Shown here: in pieces, positions 10,724 through 21,477 of the stretch
Numbering within the stretch: position 1 is the stretch's first letter
How the letters are laid out: each line of letters begins with the position of its first letter
DNA from: Antedon mediterranea
Taxonomy: Eukaryota > Animalia > Echinodermata
Reading direction: 5' to 3'
DNA length: 64,000 bases
NCBI RefSeq assembly: GCF_964355755.1
Contig: NC_092676.1
Span: forward strand, 1,369,788 to 1,433,787
Program-made: the position numbers and the translations under genes
The notes under the pieces: generated by a model
The model's database searches: none
Told to the model about the DNA's origin: nothing
Seen by the model: the letters and a program-made list of their open reading frames with translations, nothing else

Positions 10724-11457
10724 TAGATGACAAATTTCGTTTTTGTAAAAGCACAAGTTAACGGAGTACTTACTCGAACGTTTCAATCTCTATCAGAGAT
10801 CCTTCTCAACTGACTGCGGAGTGTTAATGCAGCTTGGTCATTCTTGACGTCATCTGTTGATGACGTCGTACGCCTCCGGTTGTAGGTTGGAGGTTGTGCG
10901 GGGCTCGGCCAGGTGATGTGTCTATCAAATCATTGTACAAATGCGAGAGTTCGTGGGCTCCAGTGTCCCGGTTCATGGTCTTCTCCTTATTTCTCCTTAT
11001 ATGTAATGATTCTCTAATCTGTTTGTCTTTGCGTTTAGGCTCTTTGGTTAAGATGGTAGCCTCCCAGTTTGGTACATGATTGTGTTTTATGACATGTTCT
11101 GTGATGGCAGATTTGTGTATGATCGAAGATGTGGATGTTCTGGAGGCCCTAGTCATTACTCCCCCCGTGTTTGTTGTAACATCTTTTTTGTGATCATTAA
11201 TTCGTGTTTGTAATGCCCTCCCTGTTTCCCCAATGTAAACTTGTGGACAGTAACCTCCAACCTACAACCGGAGGCGTACAACGTCATCAACAGATAACGT
11301 CAAGAATGACCAAGCTGCATTAACACTCCGCAGTCAGTTGAGAAGGATCTCTGATAGAGATCGAAACGTTCGAGTAAGTACTCCGTTAACTTGTGCTTTT
11401 ACAAAAACGAAATTTGTCATCTATACAAAATCGAAGCTAAATAAAATTCTTTCAAGA
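10724..11457 (-). mobile_element. 5'-truncated Penelope-like retroelement with inverted pLTR
   Basis: GIY-YIG remnant CPQVYIGETGRALQTRINDH...SAITEHVIKHNH...RESLHI...MNRDTG (10824-11249); ~170-bp inverted repeat (10724-10893 vs 11253-11424); 12-bp TSD ttcaattatgga (10712-10723, 11458-11469); empty site seen in the paralogue at ~17664. Confidence 0.92.
11338..11371 (+). ncRNA. Candidate atypical minimal hammerhead ribozyme in the Penelope pLTR
   Basis: TTGAGAA-G-[GATCTCT gat AGAGATC]-GAAACGTTC (U3/A8 variant core, 7-bp stem II); inverted copy at ~10777-10810; stem I is not convincing. Confidence 0.45.
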
Positions 11458-11462
11458 TTCAA

Positions 11463-14400
11463 TTATGGAATTGGCAAAACAGTAACTTCCAAATATCCAT
11501 CCTTATCCAGTTTAAATTCATTTCCATCATCCTGTGTAGATGTCATGTTGGACATTCCATAGAGGTCATTGTTGTCTTCTGTTTGTTGGTGCACAATGCT
11601 CACTTGGTTTGTATTTTGTATGCTTTGAGAGTTTCTTTGTTCAGAAGTTGTAAATGGATGTCTCATCCTTGTACATCTGTACAACTCAATAAGAAATAAA
11701 ATAAGAACAGCAGAAGAAATACATGCAATTGCTATGATGAAGTGTTCTCTTCTTATCCAATATTTGCTTGAATCAGATTCAAGATCATTTTCTATTGTTC
11801 TAGCTTTGTTGGTTGTAATAGGTGTGTTTGAAAACACTGTGCTTGGTGTTACAGGAGATGAGTTTAAATTTTCTGCTGTTGTGATTGAATGTGCTCCAGA
11901 TGTTCTTTCTTGGAAATATGTTTTTGTAATTGGTGAGCTTGGAGACATTGTTCTTCCTTGGAAAGACTGGTCCATTTCTGTTCCTTCTGGTGATGTTGTA
12001 AAAGGCATCTCATTTGTATAAAATGATTTTGATGTGCTTATTGTTCCAGATAGACTAACAACACATATGAGACCATTTTGCGCAAAGTCAGCTGGGTTGT
12101 ATGTGTAATATAATGTACATACATCAGATGATAAGCAGTCTATTGTGGTTAGATTCATTCCATTGCTTATCCTCATCAATGATTCAATATCTGAAGGAAT
12201 GTTGTATGAACATGATGCGATAGAACTAATATCATTAATGTGTAAACTTGTGCATTTAGGTAATGACTGATAAATGTGCAAAGTAACTGTACTTAATACA
12301 CTGTAACCACTCATTGATTGTAACCTGCATTCATATTCATATTAAGATATTTCCAGATATTAATATCATCAGGAATCTTGATAAAAAGACTATAGTCTGC
12401 ACCTTCACCAGGGATTGCATAATATCTTGCCAATAAGCCAACTGTGCTTTCATTTATTATCCTTCCAGTACTGATGTAAACTGAATGGCTAAACCACCTT
12501 ACAACGTTTCCATCATTCATGTTATTTAGACTAGGCTATGAATGAGGTAGGTGCCACCCGGAGAGGTAGAAATTCTCATATAACTTTTCTAGACCAGTTT
12601 TTTCTGGGGAATCCAAATATATTGGGTAAACGGGCTGTAACCTGAGAACTTTCGCGTGAGGGCGCTTTTTTCAAAATGGCTGCCAGTTACAGTAGACTAT
12701 GATATCTTGGCAACCACTGGTCATAGAGAGTTGATTTTGGTGTCAAATTGTTTGGAATGTACATGTTCCTATTTGATGTAATAGAAAATTTTGTCAGAAA
12801 ATGGCCGGAAATACCTCTATTGACCTTTGACCCAATATCTAACAGATATCATATCTCCGTAACTACTGGACACAGAAAGTTGTAATTGGTGTCAAACTCT
12901 CCAGAATATAGATGTTTATATTCAAACTAATAGAACATTATCTGTAAAAATGACCGGAAATAACGTTACTGACCTTTGACCCAAAATGCAAGACATTTCT
13001 CCTATCTGATCACGCTAATCCTGTCAATTAATTCATTTTGTGCCAATTGGAGGTTGACATTCTCATATTATTTTCTTGACCAGTTTTTCATGTGCAATCC
13101 GAGTAATATGAGATAAATAAGCCATAACAAGGCCAAGAATTTAATTCTTTTACTACATACATGCTTCCCTTTAGTGTTTCAGTCTGTATGTCGTGTATTA
13201 ATCTTCAAGATCGCTCACATCACTGCAATCTGAAAAGTCTTCATATTCATTATGTGTAAACAGTTCCTGGACATCAGTGGGCATCACTGTCTCAATCCAT
13301 TTAGGCTCCATTTGTTCGTTCCATCCATTGTGTGTACTGTTGTTGACAAAATAATTGACGTCTGCTGATTGCCATTCTTTAGTAATGAAGTTTGCTCTAA
13401 GTATATGAAACTCAAGGGTCTGCTGACATAGTGGCAGTAATGATATATCTGTAATCTTGTTGTGTCTGGAAAACTTTCTGTTGAAGATATCATATCTTGC
13501 TTGATTTACACTTTTCCCCTTCACTCCATACAATGGTGAAACATACTCTTCAAGTTCCTCATACAACTCTTTTGATGGAACATCTGACACTCCAAGGTTG
13601 CAGAATGTGTCTGCGCTTTTGTTAAATCAATGTCACTCAATTTCAGTACATTTCGGTATTTCCCAGTGTTTGTATCAATAATTACCCTCTGCCCATCATC
13701 TATGAAATGAGATAGTGAAATGACTGGAATGTCAAAGTCTCCAGAATGGGAACGAATTATTGCTACGCCTTGATTGTTATTTGTTAAAGCATGCTTTGCA
13801 TGCAGGATGACTTTCATGTCGGCTTCTTCTTGGCTACTATTAAGCTCTGGAACCAATACAACATCTCAGTTAGTAACGTAGATGCATTCTTTGTACGATG
13901 AAAAGTAGATAACATCACTCCTCATATCTGTTAGAATGCTTTCTTTCTTTGACACTAGTACACAGCGAATAAGCTCAATCAATCTGGTCTTGTTTTTGCC
14001 GTTGGCAAGGAAATTGTTAAAATCACGGGGCAACTTTGATATTTTTGAGCTTACAATTACTTTTGGTGCAATACCGCGTCTGTTTCTCGCAGTGCTCGAC
14101 CAGGATCCATAACATCATCTCACTTTATTTTCAAATAGTGGGAAGAAACTCGAAATCAAGGAAAATGGGAAAGTAAGAGTAATATAAGCTAATCGGGATG
14201 TTTTAGGAAAGCTTCTTGCCACCTCAACAAAGCATGGTAGAATAATTGACTTTAAGAAAGCCTTTGAGTATCCACTTACCCCTGTCCCGCTAAGCCTTGC
14301 TAATACAGATGGGACAAGACGAACAACTCAGAAAAGTGTCCTAATGGAAATTCTCATCGAAATTTCAACAGATGTTATAGATCCTGGTCGGGCACTGCCA

Positions 14401-16390
14401 GCAAAGGCTACTGTCATTGCCTATGTTGTTGACTTGATGGCATTAATCAGAACATTTACATCTTACCCTGATGCGTACGAGGATCTTGTAGCAAAGGTTT
14501 TCAACAGCATCCCTAAAGGATACAAGCGAGTTGATATTGTTACCGATGCATACCTGCCAAAAAGCATTAAGTCTGTTGAGAGAAACATACGCGGTATTGC
14601 ACCAAAAGTAATTGTAAGCTCAACAATATCAAAGTTGGCCCGTGATTTCAACAATTTCCTTGCCAACGGCGAGAACAAGACCAGATTGATTGAGCTTATT
14701 CGCTGTGTACTAGTGTCAAAGAAAGAAAGCATTCTAACAGATATGAGGAGTGATGTTATCTACTTTTCATCGTACAAAGAATACATCTACGTTACTAACT
14801 GAGATGTTGTATTGGTTCCGGAGCTTAATAGTAGCCGGAAGAAGAAGCCTACACGAAAGTCATCCTGCATGCAAAGCATGCTTTAACAAATAACAATCAA
14901 GGCGTAGCAATAATTCGTTCCCATTCTGGAGACATTGATATTCCAGTCATTGCACTATCTCATTTCATAGATGATGGGCAGAGGGTAATTATTGATACAA
15001 ACACTGGGAAATACCGAAAGGTACTGAAATTGAGTGGCATTGATTTAACAAAAGCGCAGAAATCATCCCTTATTGGATTCCATGCTTTCACAGGTAACGA
15101 TTATAACTCCGCTTTCTTTCGGAAAGGAAAACGTACCTGCTGGAAGCTTCTGGAATCAAAAGCAAAATTTGTTGACACATTCTGCAACCTTGGAGTGTCA
15201 GATCAAAAGAGTTGTATGAGGAATTTTAAGAGTATGTTTCACTATTGTATGGAGTGAAGGGGAAAAGTGTAAATCAAGCAAGATATGATATCTTCAACAG
15301 AAAGTTTTCCAGACACAACAAGATTACAGATATATAATTACTGCCACTATGTCAGCAGACCCTTGAGTTTCATATACTTAGAGCACACTTCATTACTAAA
15401 GAATGGCAATCAGCAGATGTCAATGATTTTGTCAACAACAGTACACACAATGGATGGAACGAACAAATGGAGCCTAAATGGATTGAGACAGTGATTCTCA
15501 CTGATGTCCAGGAACTGTTTACACATAATGAATATGAAGACTTTTCAGATTGCAGTGATGTGAGCGATCTTGAAGATTAATACACGACATACAGTCTGAA
15601 ACACTAAAGGGAAGCATGTACAGTATATAGTAAAAGAATTAAATTATTGGCCTTGTTATGGCTTATTTATCTCATATATTCGGATTGCACATGAAAAACT
15701 GGTCCAGAAAATAATATGAGAATGTCAACCTCCAATTGGCACAAAATGAATTAATTGACAAAATTAACGTGATCAGATGGGAGAAATTTCTTGCATTTTG
15801 GGTCAAAGGTCAGTAACGTTATTTCCGGTCATTTTTACAGATAATGTTCTATTAGTCTGAATATAAACATCTATATTCTGGAGAGTTTGACACCAATTAC
15901 AACTTTCTGTGTCGAGTAGTTACGGAGATATGATATCTGTTAGATATTGGGTCAAAGGTCAATAGAGGTATTTCCGGCCATTTTCTGACAAAATGTTCTA
16001 TTACATCAAATAGGAACATGTACATTCCGAATAATTTGACACCAAAATCACCTCTCTATGACCAGTGGTTGCCAAGATATCATAGTCTATTGTAACTGGC
16101 AGCCATTTTGAAAAAAGCGCCCTCACGCGAAAGTTCTCAGGTTACAGCTCGTTTACCCAATATATTTGGATTCCCCAGAAAAAACTGGTCTAGAAAAGTC
16201 ATATGAGAATTTCTACCTCTCCGGGTGGCACCTACCTCATTCATAGCCTAGTCTAATTATTACAAGGAAAAGATACATTCTGTCCAGGTGTGGCTGTAAT
16301 ACTCATCGTTTCTCCAAATACAAATAACGATTGTTTATCCATATAGCACACCAATAGAATAATCCGCAACAAGATGGTATATCTGGCCAT
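11463..16390 (-). pseudogene. Class A Ig-family receptor disrupted by a 3.7-kb transposon and a 1-nt frameshift
   Basis: ATG at 16390 (MARYTILLRIILLVCYMDKQSLFVFGETMSITATPGQNVSFPC); sequence resumes after the insertion as NMNDGNVVRWFSHS; -1 frameshift near 12335-12340 relative to paralogues; 3' part is ORF 11463-12314. Confidence 0.9.
12527..16255. mobile_element. Foldback derivative of an Academ-like (XPG/PIN-domain) DNA transposon
   Basis: Termini TAGACTAGGCTATG...CATAGCCTAGTCTA; 3-bp TSD ATT; ~1.56-kb inverted arms (12527-14088 vs ~14580-16255); decayed coding motifs VVDLMALI, DIVTDAY, EEADMKVILHA, SGDxDI, FHAFTGND..SAF.RKGK. Confidence 0.85.
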
Positions 16391-16620
16391 TTCTAAAGTT
16401 TAACTGCTAAACTTAATGTCAACATGAATGACTGTTCTTTCTTACTATGATATTCCTGCTTGGAATCAGATTTTATAATAAAAGTAATGCCTTATTGATC
16501 CCAATGTATAAATATTGTGTACCTGTCCCCTTAACTCGTCCATGCACATCATAACCCCAGTCTGAATAAACAATTACCTGGTTATTTCCTACAACTTAAT
16601 ACAATGTATAATAAAGAGTA

Positions 16621-17374
16621 AATAGACACGTATCGCGCTCGCGAGGTCACCGTCAGTTTGACCTTTTAGTGGGTATGGTAAACAAACACAGCGAGAGGTA
16701 TGTTAAAGCATGGGAGAACTGAGAGATGATCATCTTAAAAAGCAATCGTCAAAACTAGCCTTTTGATGGAATGGCATGGTAAGGATGTTATTTATTTTCT
16801 AAACTTATGTTTTATATTCACTGTAGAATTATTTGGGCATTTGGTTCGGAATCATCGACTTTATTTATGTATTGTCATTTTTGGTTTGACACATATATAT
16901 TACAGTGCATTTAATACATGTTAACTGTTGATTTTATTTACAAATGTTGCGTAAATATATTAATTATTATCTTTCATTCTTTTTCATGCTCCTATTGCAT
17001 CTTCCATGTATTATGTGATGTTCTTCGGCGCTTAAACAGACACCCAAGCCTCCTAGGCCTAGTAGACGTAGTACCGCATCAGGCAACGCCACCGGGCGGG
17101 CGGAGAGACACGAGCACATCGTGGACGTACCTTTCCTTGAAAAATTTCAAAGATTTTGCGCTACTATCCTTCGGAGCCGACGCAAACCACTCAGCAAGTG
17201 TTAAATTCACGATTTATCCAACATATACAACATTTATGATGCACCTTACAACAAAAGCACTCGGCAGTCGCCATTTCGCTATGCTTCAACACGCACTAGG
17301 CGAGAGGTGTTCGGTTTGTTTACAAATCTATACCCACTATTTCTGATTGGTCACGAGCGCGAAACGTGTCTATT
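16621..17374. mobile_element. Non-autonomous TIR element (MITE-like) inserted upstream of the pseudogene
   Basis: Imperfect TIRs AATAGACACGTATCGCGCTCG / CGAGCGCGAAACGTGTCTATT; absent from homologous upstream regions of paralogues; TSD ambiguous. Confidence 0.8.
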
Positions 17375-17668
17375 GTAAAGTCTTTGAGTTTTTATTTATT
17401 TAGTTTCACTTCACAGATCAGGGCAATGAGGAAGTAAATATCACACTGTAAAACATTGGGAAATTGATAGTATACAAAGTCAAAAAAGTCATTGTAATTT
17501 TATCTGTATAGGTGGTAATTATGTTGATTTTAATTTGAAAGCCAAAACAAACACACCATTAAAATGTATGTTCTATAAACTGTATAATTAACATTAGATA
17601 ATTATTAAAAACAAATTAATGTATCGGCAATGATATCAATGAGTTTAAGAAATAAATACTATCTTCAA

Positions 17669-18820
17669 TTATGGAATTGGCAAAACAGTAACTTCCAAAT
17701 ATCCATCCTTATCCAGTTTAAATTCATTTCCATCATCCTGTGTAGATGTCATGTTGGACATTCCATAGAGGTCATTGTTGTCTTCTGTTTGTTGGTGCAC
17801 AATGCTCACTTGGTTTGTATTTTGTATGCTTTGAGAGTTTCTTTGTTCAGAAGTTGTAAATGGATGTCTCATCCTTGTACATCTGTACAACTCAATAAGA
17901 AATAAAATAAGAAAAGCAGAAGAAATACATGCAATTGCTATGATGAAGTGTTGTTCTCTTTTTATCCAATATTTATTTGGATCCGAGTCAAGATCATTCT
18001 CCACTGTGGATCTGGCTTCATTGGTTGTAATCGATGTGCTTGGTTTAATACCTGTAGTAGCAGTTCCTTGAAAATATGCATCTGGGGTTGTAATTGGTGG
18101 AGACACTGTACTTCCTTGGAAAGAATGGTCCATTTCTGTTCCTTCTGGTGATGTTGGAATCTCATTTATAGAACATGATTCTGATACGCTTATCATTCCA
18201 GATTCACTAACATTACAAGTAAGTCCATGTGGAACAACATCTGTTGGGTTGTATGTGTAATATAATGTACATACATTAGATGATAAGCAGTTTATTGTTG
18301 TTAGAGTCCTTCCATTGCTTCTCCATATCAATGATTCCATATCTGAAGGGTTGTTGTAGGAACATGATGCAACAGAAGTGGTATCATTAATTTGTAAACT
18401 TGTACATTTAGGTAATGACTGATAAATGTGCAAAGTAAATGTACTTAATACACTGTAGTAACCACCACTCATTGATGTTAACCTGCATTCATATGTTACA
18501 TTAAGATATTTCCAGATATTAATATCATCAGGAATCATGATAAAAAGACTATAGTCTGCACCTTCACCAGGGATTGCAAAATGAGTTGCATGTAAGCCAA
18601 GTGTGCTTTCATTTATCATCTTTTCAGTACTGATGTAAGCACTCTGAACAAACCACCTTACAACAATTCCATCATTCATGTGATCATAATTACAAGGAAG
18701 AGATACATTCTGTCCAGGTGTGCCTGTAATAGTTATCGTTTCTCCAAATACAAATAATGAGTGTTTATCCCATAAGCACACCAATAGAATACTCCACAAC
18801 AAGATTGTATATCTGGCCAT
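17669..18820 (-). CDS. Ig-family receptor, class A, two extracellular domains; tail ends LDKDGYLEVTVLPIP
   Basis: Uninterrupted ORF; ATG at 18820 (track uses upstream TTG); same architecture as 7689-8873. Confidence 0.9.
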   Translation of the reverse strand: MARYTILLWSILLVCLWDKHSLFVFGETITITGTPGQNVSLPCNYDHMNDGIVVRWFVQSAYISTEKMINESTLGLHATHFAIPGEGADYSLFIMIPDDINIWKYLNVTYECRLTSMSGGYYSVLSTFTLHIYQSLPKCTSLQINDTTSVASCSYNNPSDMESLIWRSNGRTLTTINCLSSNVCTLYYTYNPTDVVPHGLTCNVSESGMISVSESCSINEIPTSPEGTEMDHSFQGSTVSPPITTPDAYFQGTATTGIKPSTSITTNEARSTVENDLDSDPNKYWIKREQHFIIAIACISSAFLILFLIELYRCTRMRHPFTTSEQRNSQSIQNTNQVSIVHQQTEDNNDLYGMSNMTSTQDDGNEFKLDKDGYLEVTVLPIP

Positions 18821-19114
18821 TTTCAAAGTTTAACTTTTCAACTTAGTCGACATGAATATTCATTGATCTATAATGACTGTTCTTTCTTACTACTGTATGA
18901 TATTCTTGCTTAGAATCAGATTTTATAATAAAAGTACTGTAGTGCCTTATTGATCTCAAAAAAATAAATATTGTGTAGGCCTACCTCTTAACCCATCCAT
19001 GCATATCATAACCCCAGTCTGAATAAACAATTACCTGGTTATGTTCATAGTAAACATAAGCTGGAATTTTAGTTCCTTTTTTGTCCAATTCATTCTGATC
19101 TAACTTGGCATTAT

Positions 19115-20449
19115 TTATATTGAATCATCAAGTGATTGATAGGCCTCATTTTCATGGTATACAATGCCATCATTTGTTCCATCTTCATTGCTATTCTCTG
19201 ATGCATCCACCTTCAATGCACTTTGTTCAAGAACTTGTTCTCCTGTTTTATCTGCTCTATTTGTACAATCTCCATCAACAATAACATTCTTAATTTCCTT
19301 CTTTTGCTCATCAGCTGATTCATAAATCTGATTTTCCTCCATGACACTCTCCTTACTATTTTCCAGCATCTCCTGATTTTCTCCTTTTGTTGTTGGATTT
19401 ACTTTCAAGTCAACCTCAACATATTCATGATCATCTGGTGGTGCTGATTTAAATGAAAGGTTTTGTTTATATTCAGAGCGTCTTCTTACATAATAAATGA
19501 TGAAAATAATCAGAAGTAGAATGATGACAAAAGCTACTGACATGATGGCTATTAGATATATTGGGACACTGTCATTAGGTTCTTCTGGTTTATTTACAGT
19601 TAACATTTGTTTGTTTCTTGTTGTACTATCATTAGATTCTGTGGAAGTGGTTGTGATAGTACTTTCTAATGTTGAGAAGTATTTTGTCAAAGTTGTTTTT
19701 TCAATAAAAGGTTCAACAGATGCGCTTCCTTCAAAAGGCGAGTCTGTGTCTGTTCCTTCTGTTGATCCAGGGATCTCATTTATAGAACATGATTTTGTTG
19801 TGCTTATCGTTCCAGATTCACTAACATTACAAGTGAGACCATGTGGTACAATGTCAGCTGGGTTGTATGTGTAATTTAATGTACATACATTAGATGATGA
19901 ACAACTTTCTGTGGTTAGAGTGTTTCCATTGCTTCTCCATATCAATGATTCCATATCTGAAGTGTTGTTGTAGGAACAGGATGCGATAGAACTAGAATCA
20001 TTAATTTGTAAACTTGTGCATTTAGGTAATGACTTATAAATATGTAAAGTAACTGTATTTAATTTGCTATAACTACCTGTAATAAATGTAAATCCGCATT
20101 CATATGTTACATTAAGATATTTCCAGATATTAATATCATCAGGAATCGTGATAAAAAGACTATAGTCTGCACCTTCACCAGAGATTGCATAATAACTTGT
20201 CAGAAAGCCAAGCACAGTACTATCTAGTATTCTGTCACTACTGATGTAATCACCATGGGCATGCCACCTAACACTTCCATCCATCAGTTGATCATTAGTA
20301 GTACAAGGAAGAGATACATTCTGTCCAGGTGTGGCTGTAATAACTTCTCCAAATAAAAATAATGATTGTTTATCCATCAAGCACATTAATAGAATAATCC
20401 GCAACAAGATGGTATATCTGGCCATTTCCAACTTCTTTAATTTCGTCAT
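19115..20449 (-). CDS. Ig-family receptor, long-tail class B, C-terminally truncated (terminal ITIM-like motif lost)
   Basis: 444-aa ORF; TM IYLIAIMSVAFVIILLLIIFIIYYV; tail HEYVEV, IYESAD, AYQSL; 1-nt deletion gives an early stop, and remnant codons KKGTKIPAYVYYE continue to ~19045. Confidence 0.85.
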   Translation of the reverse strand: MTKLKKLEMARYTILLRIILLMCLMDKQSLFLFGEVITATPGQNVSLPCTTNDQLMDGSVRWHAHGDYISSDRILDSTVLGFLTSYYAISGEGADYSLFITIPDDINIWKYLNVTYECGFTFITGSYSKLNTVTLHIYKSLPKCTSLQINDSSSIASCSYNNTSDMESLIWRSNGNTLTTESCSSSNVCTLNYTYNPADIVPHGLTCNVSESGTISTTKSCSINEIPGSTEGTDTDSPFEGSASVEPFIEKTTLTKYFSTLESTITTTSTESNDSTTRNKQMLTVNKPEEPNDSVPIYLIAIMSVAFVIILLLIIFIIYYVRRRSEYKQNLSFKSAPPDDHEYVEVDLKVNPTTKGENQEMLENSKESVMEENQIYESADEQKKEIKNVIVDGDCTNRADKTGEQVLEQSALKVDASENSNEDGTNDGIVYHENEAYQSLDDSI

Positions 20450-21477
20450 GAATATTTATGAATTTATAATGGCTGTTCTTTTTGACTGTGATATTTCTGC
20501 TTAGAATCAGATTTTATAATAAAAGTAGTGCCTAATTGATCCCAAAGTATAAATACTGTGTACCTCTTTACCCATCCACACACATCATAACCCTAGTTGG
20601 AAATAAATATAACCTAGTTGTTTCCTACAGCTTTTGTTACTTAATGCAATTAATTAAAAAAGAGTAGTTGTAAAATCTTTGAGTTTTTATTTACTTAGTT
20701 TCACTTCACAGATCACAGGGGGCAATGAGGAAGTAAATATCACACTGTAAAACATTCGGAAATTTAAAAGTATACAAAGTCACAAAAGTCATTGTAAATT
20801 TTTTTCTCTCTAGATGGCAAGTAATTTATTTGAAAAATTAAATTTGATCTAAATTATTTTCTTCTAAATTGTCAAACTGTCTCTATACATTTTTGTGTTT
20901 ATCCATCTGAGCTGTAGGTAGTTGCAAGTATGTTGATTTTAATTTGTTCTTTGAAGAATGTACTAGTAACAGATTTTCTGTTGAAGCACAAAAGTTTCCA
21001 ATCAAAAATGGTAAATGAATAAATGAAAGATAGAACACTGTGTTACAGTTCAGAGTTCAATGACGAAGTAAACACCATTGTGCAATACAGAATTTTATTT
21101 TCAAATCTCAGACACAGACTATACTATATTATAAAGTTCTATTGTAATTCCATCTTATAGTAATTCATTTTTACAGACCAGCCCAAAAGTTTGTTCTTTT
21201 TTTAACTTTGGTTATTAAGTGACTTATAATTTCACTGCTTTTAAATTAAATTTTAATTCAATATCTTCAATTAAGGTCTACAAATCTCCTTGTCTTATGC
21301 TAATTTTAACAAAGGTTTATTTAACATTTGCAAAAGCATTTTTGATTAATTTAAGCTTTATGAGGTCTAAAATATATTTTTTATTGTTTAGTAAAGTTTT
21401 GTCATTCTAGTTCTGTTAACACTTTCAAAGTTATTTTATTCTCATTCTAACAAATCAAGTAAAAGTTTTAAGTTTTT

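Noticed and set aside
12527-16255. RAG/Transib-type somatic rearrangement machinery splitting a V-like gene
   Set aside because: Ends are TAG...CTA with a 3-bp TSD rather than CAC heptamers with a 5-bp TSD; coding remnants are XPG/PIN-like and decayed; the host gene has a separate frameshift
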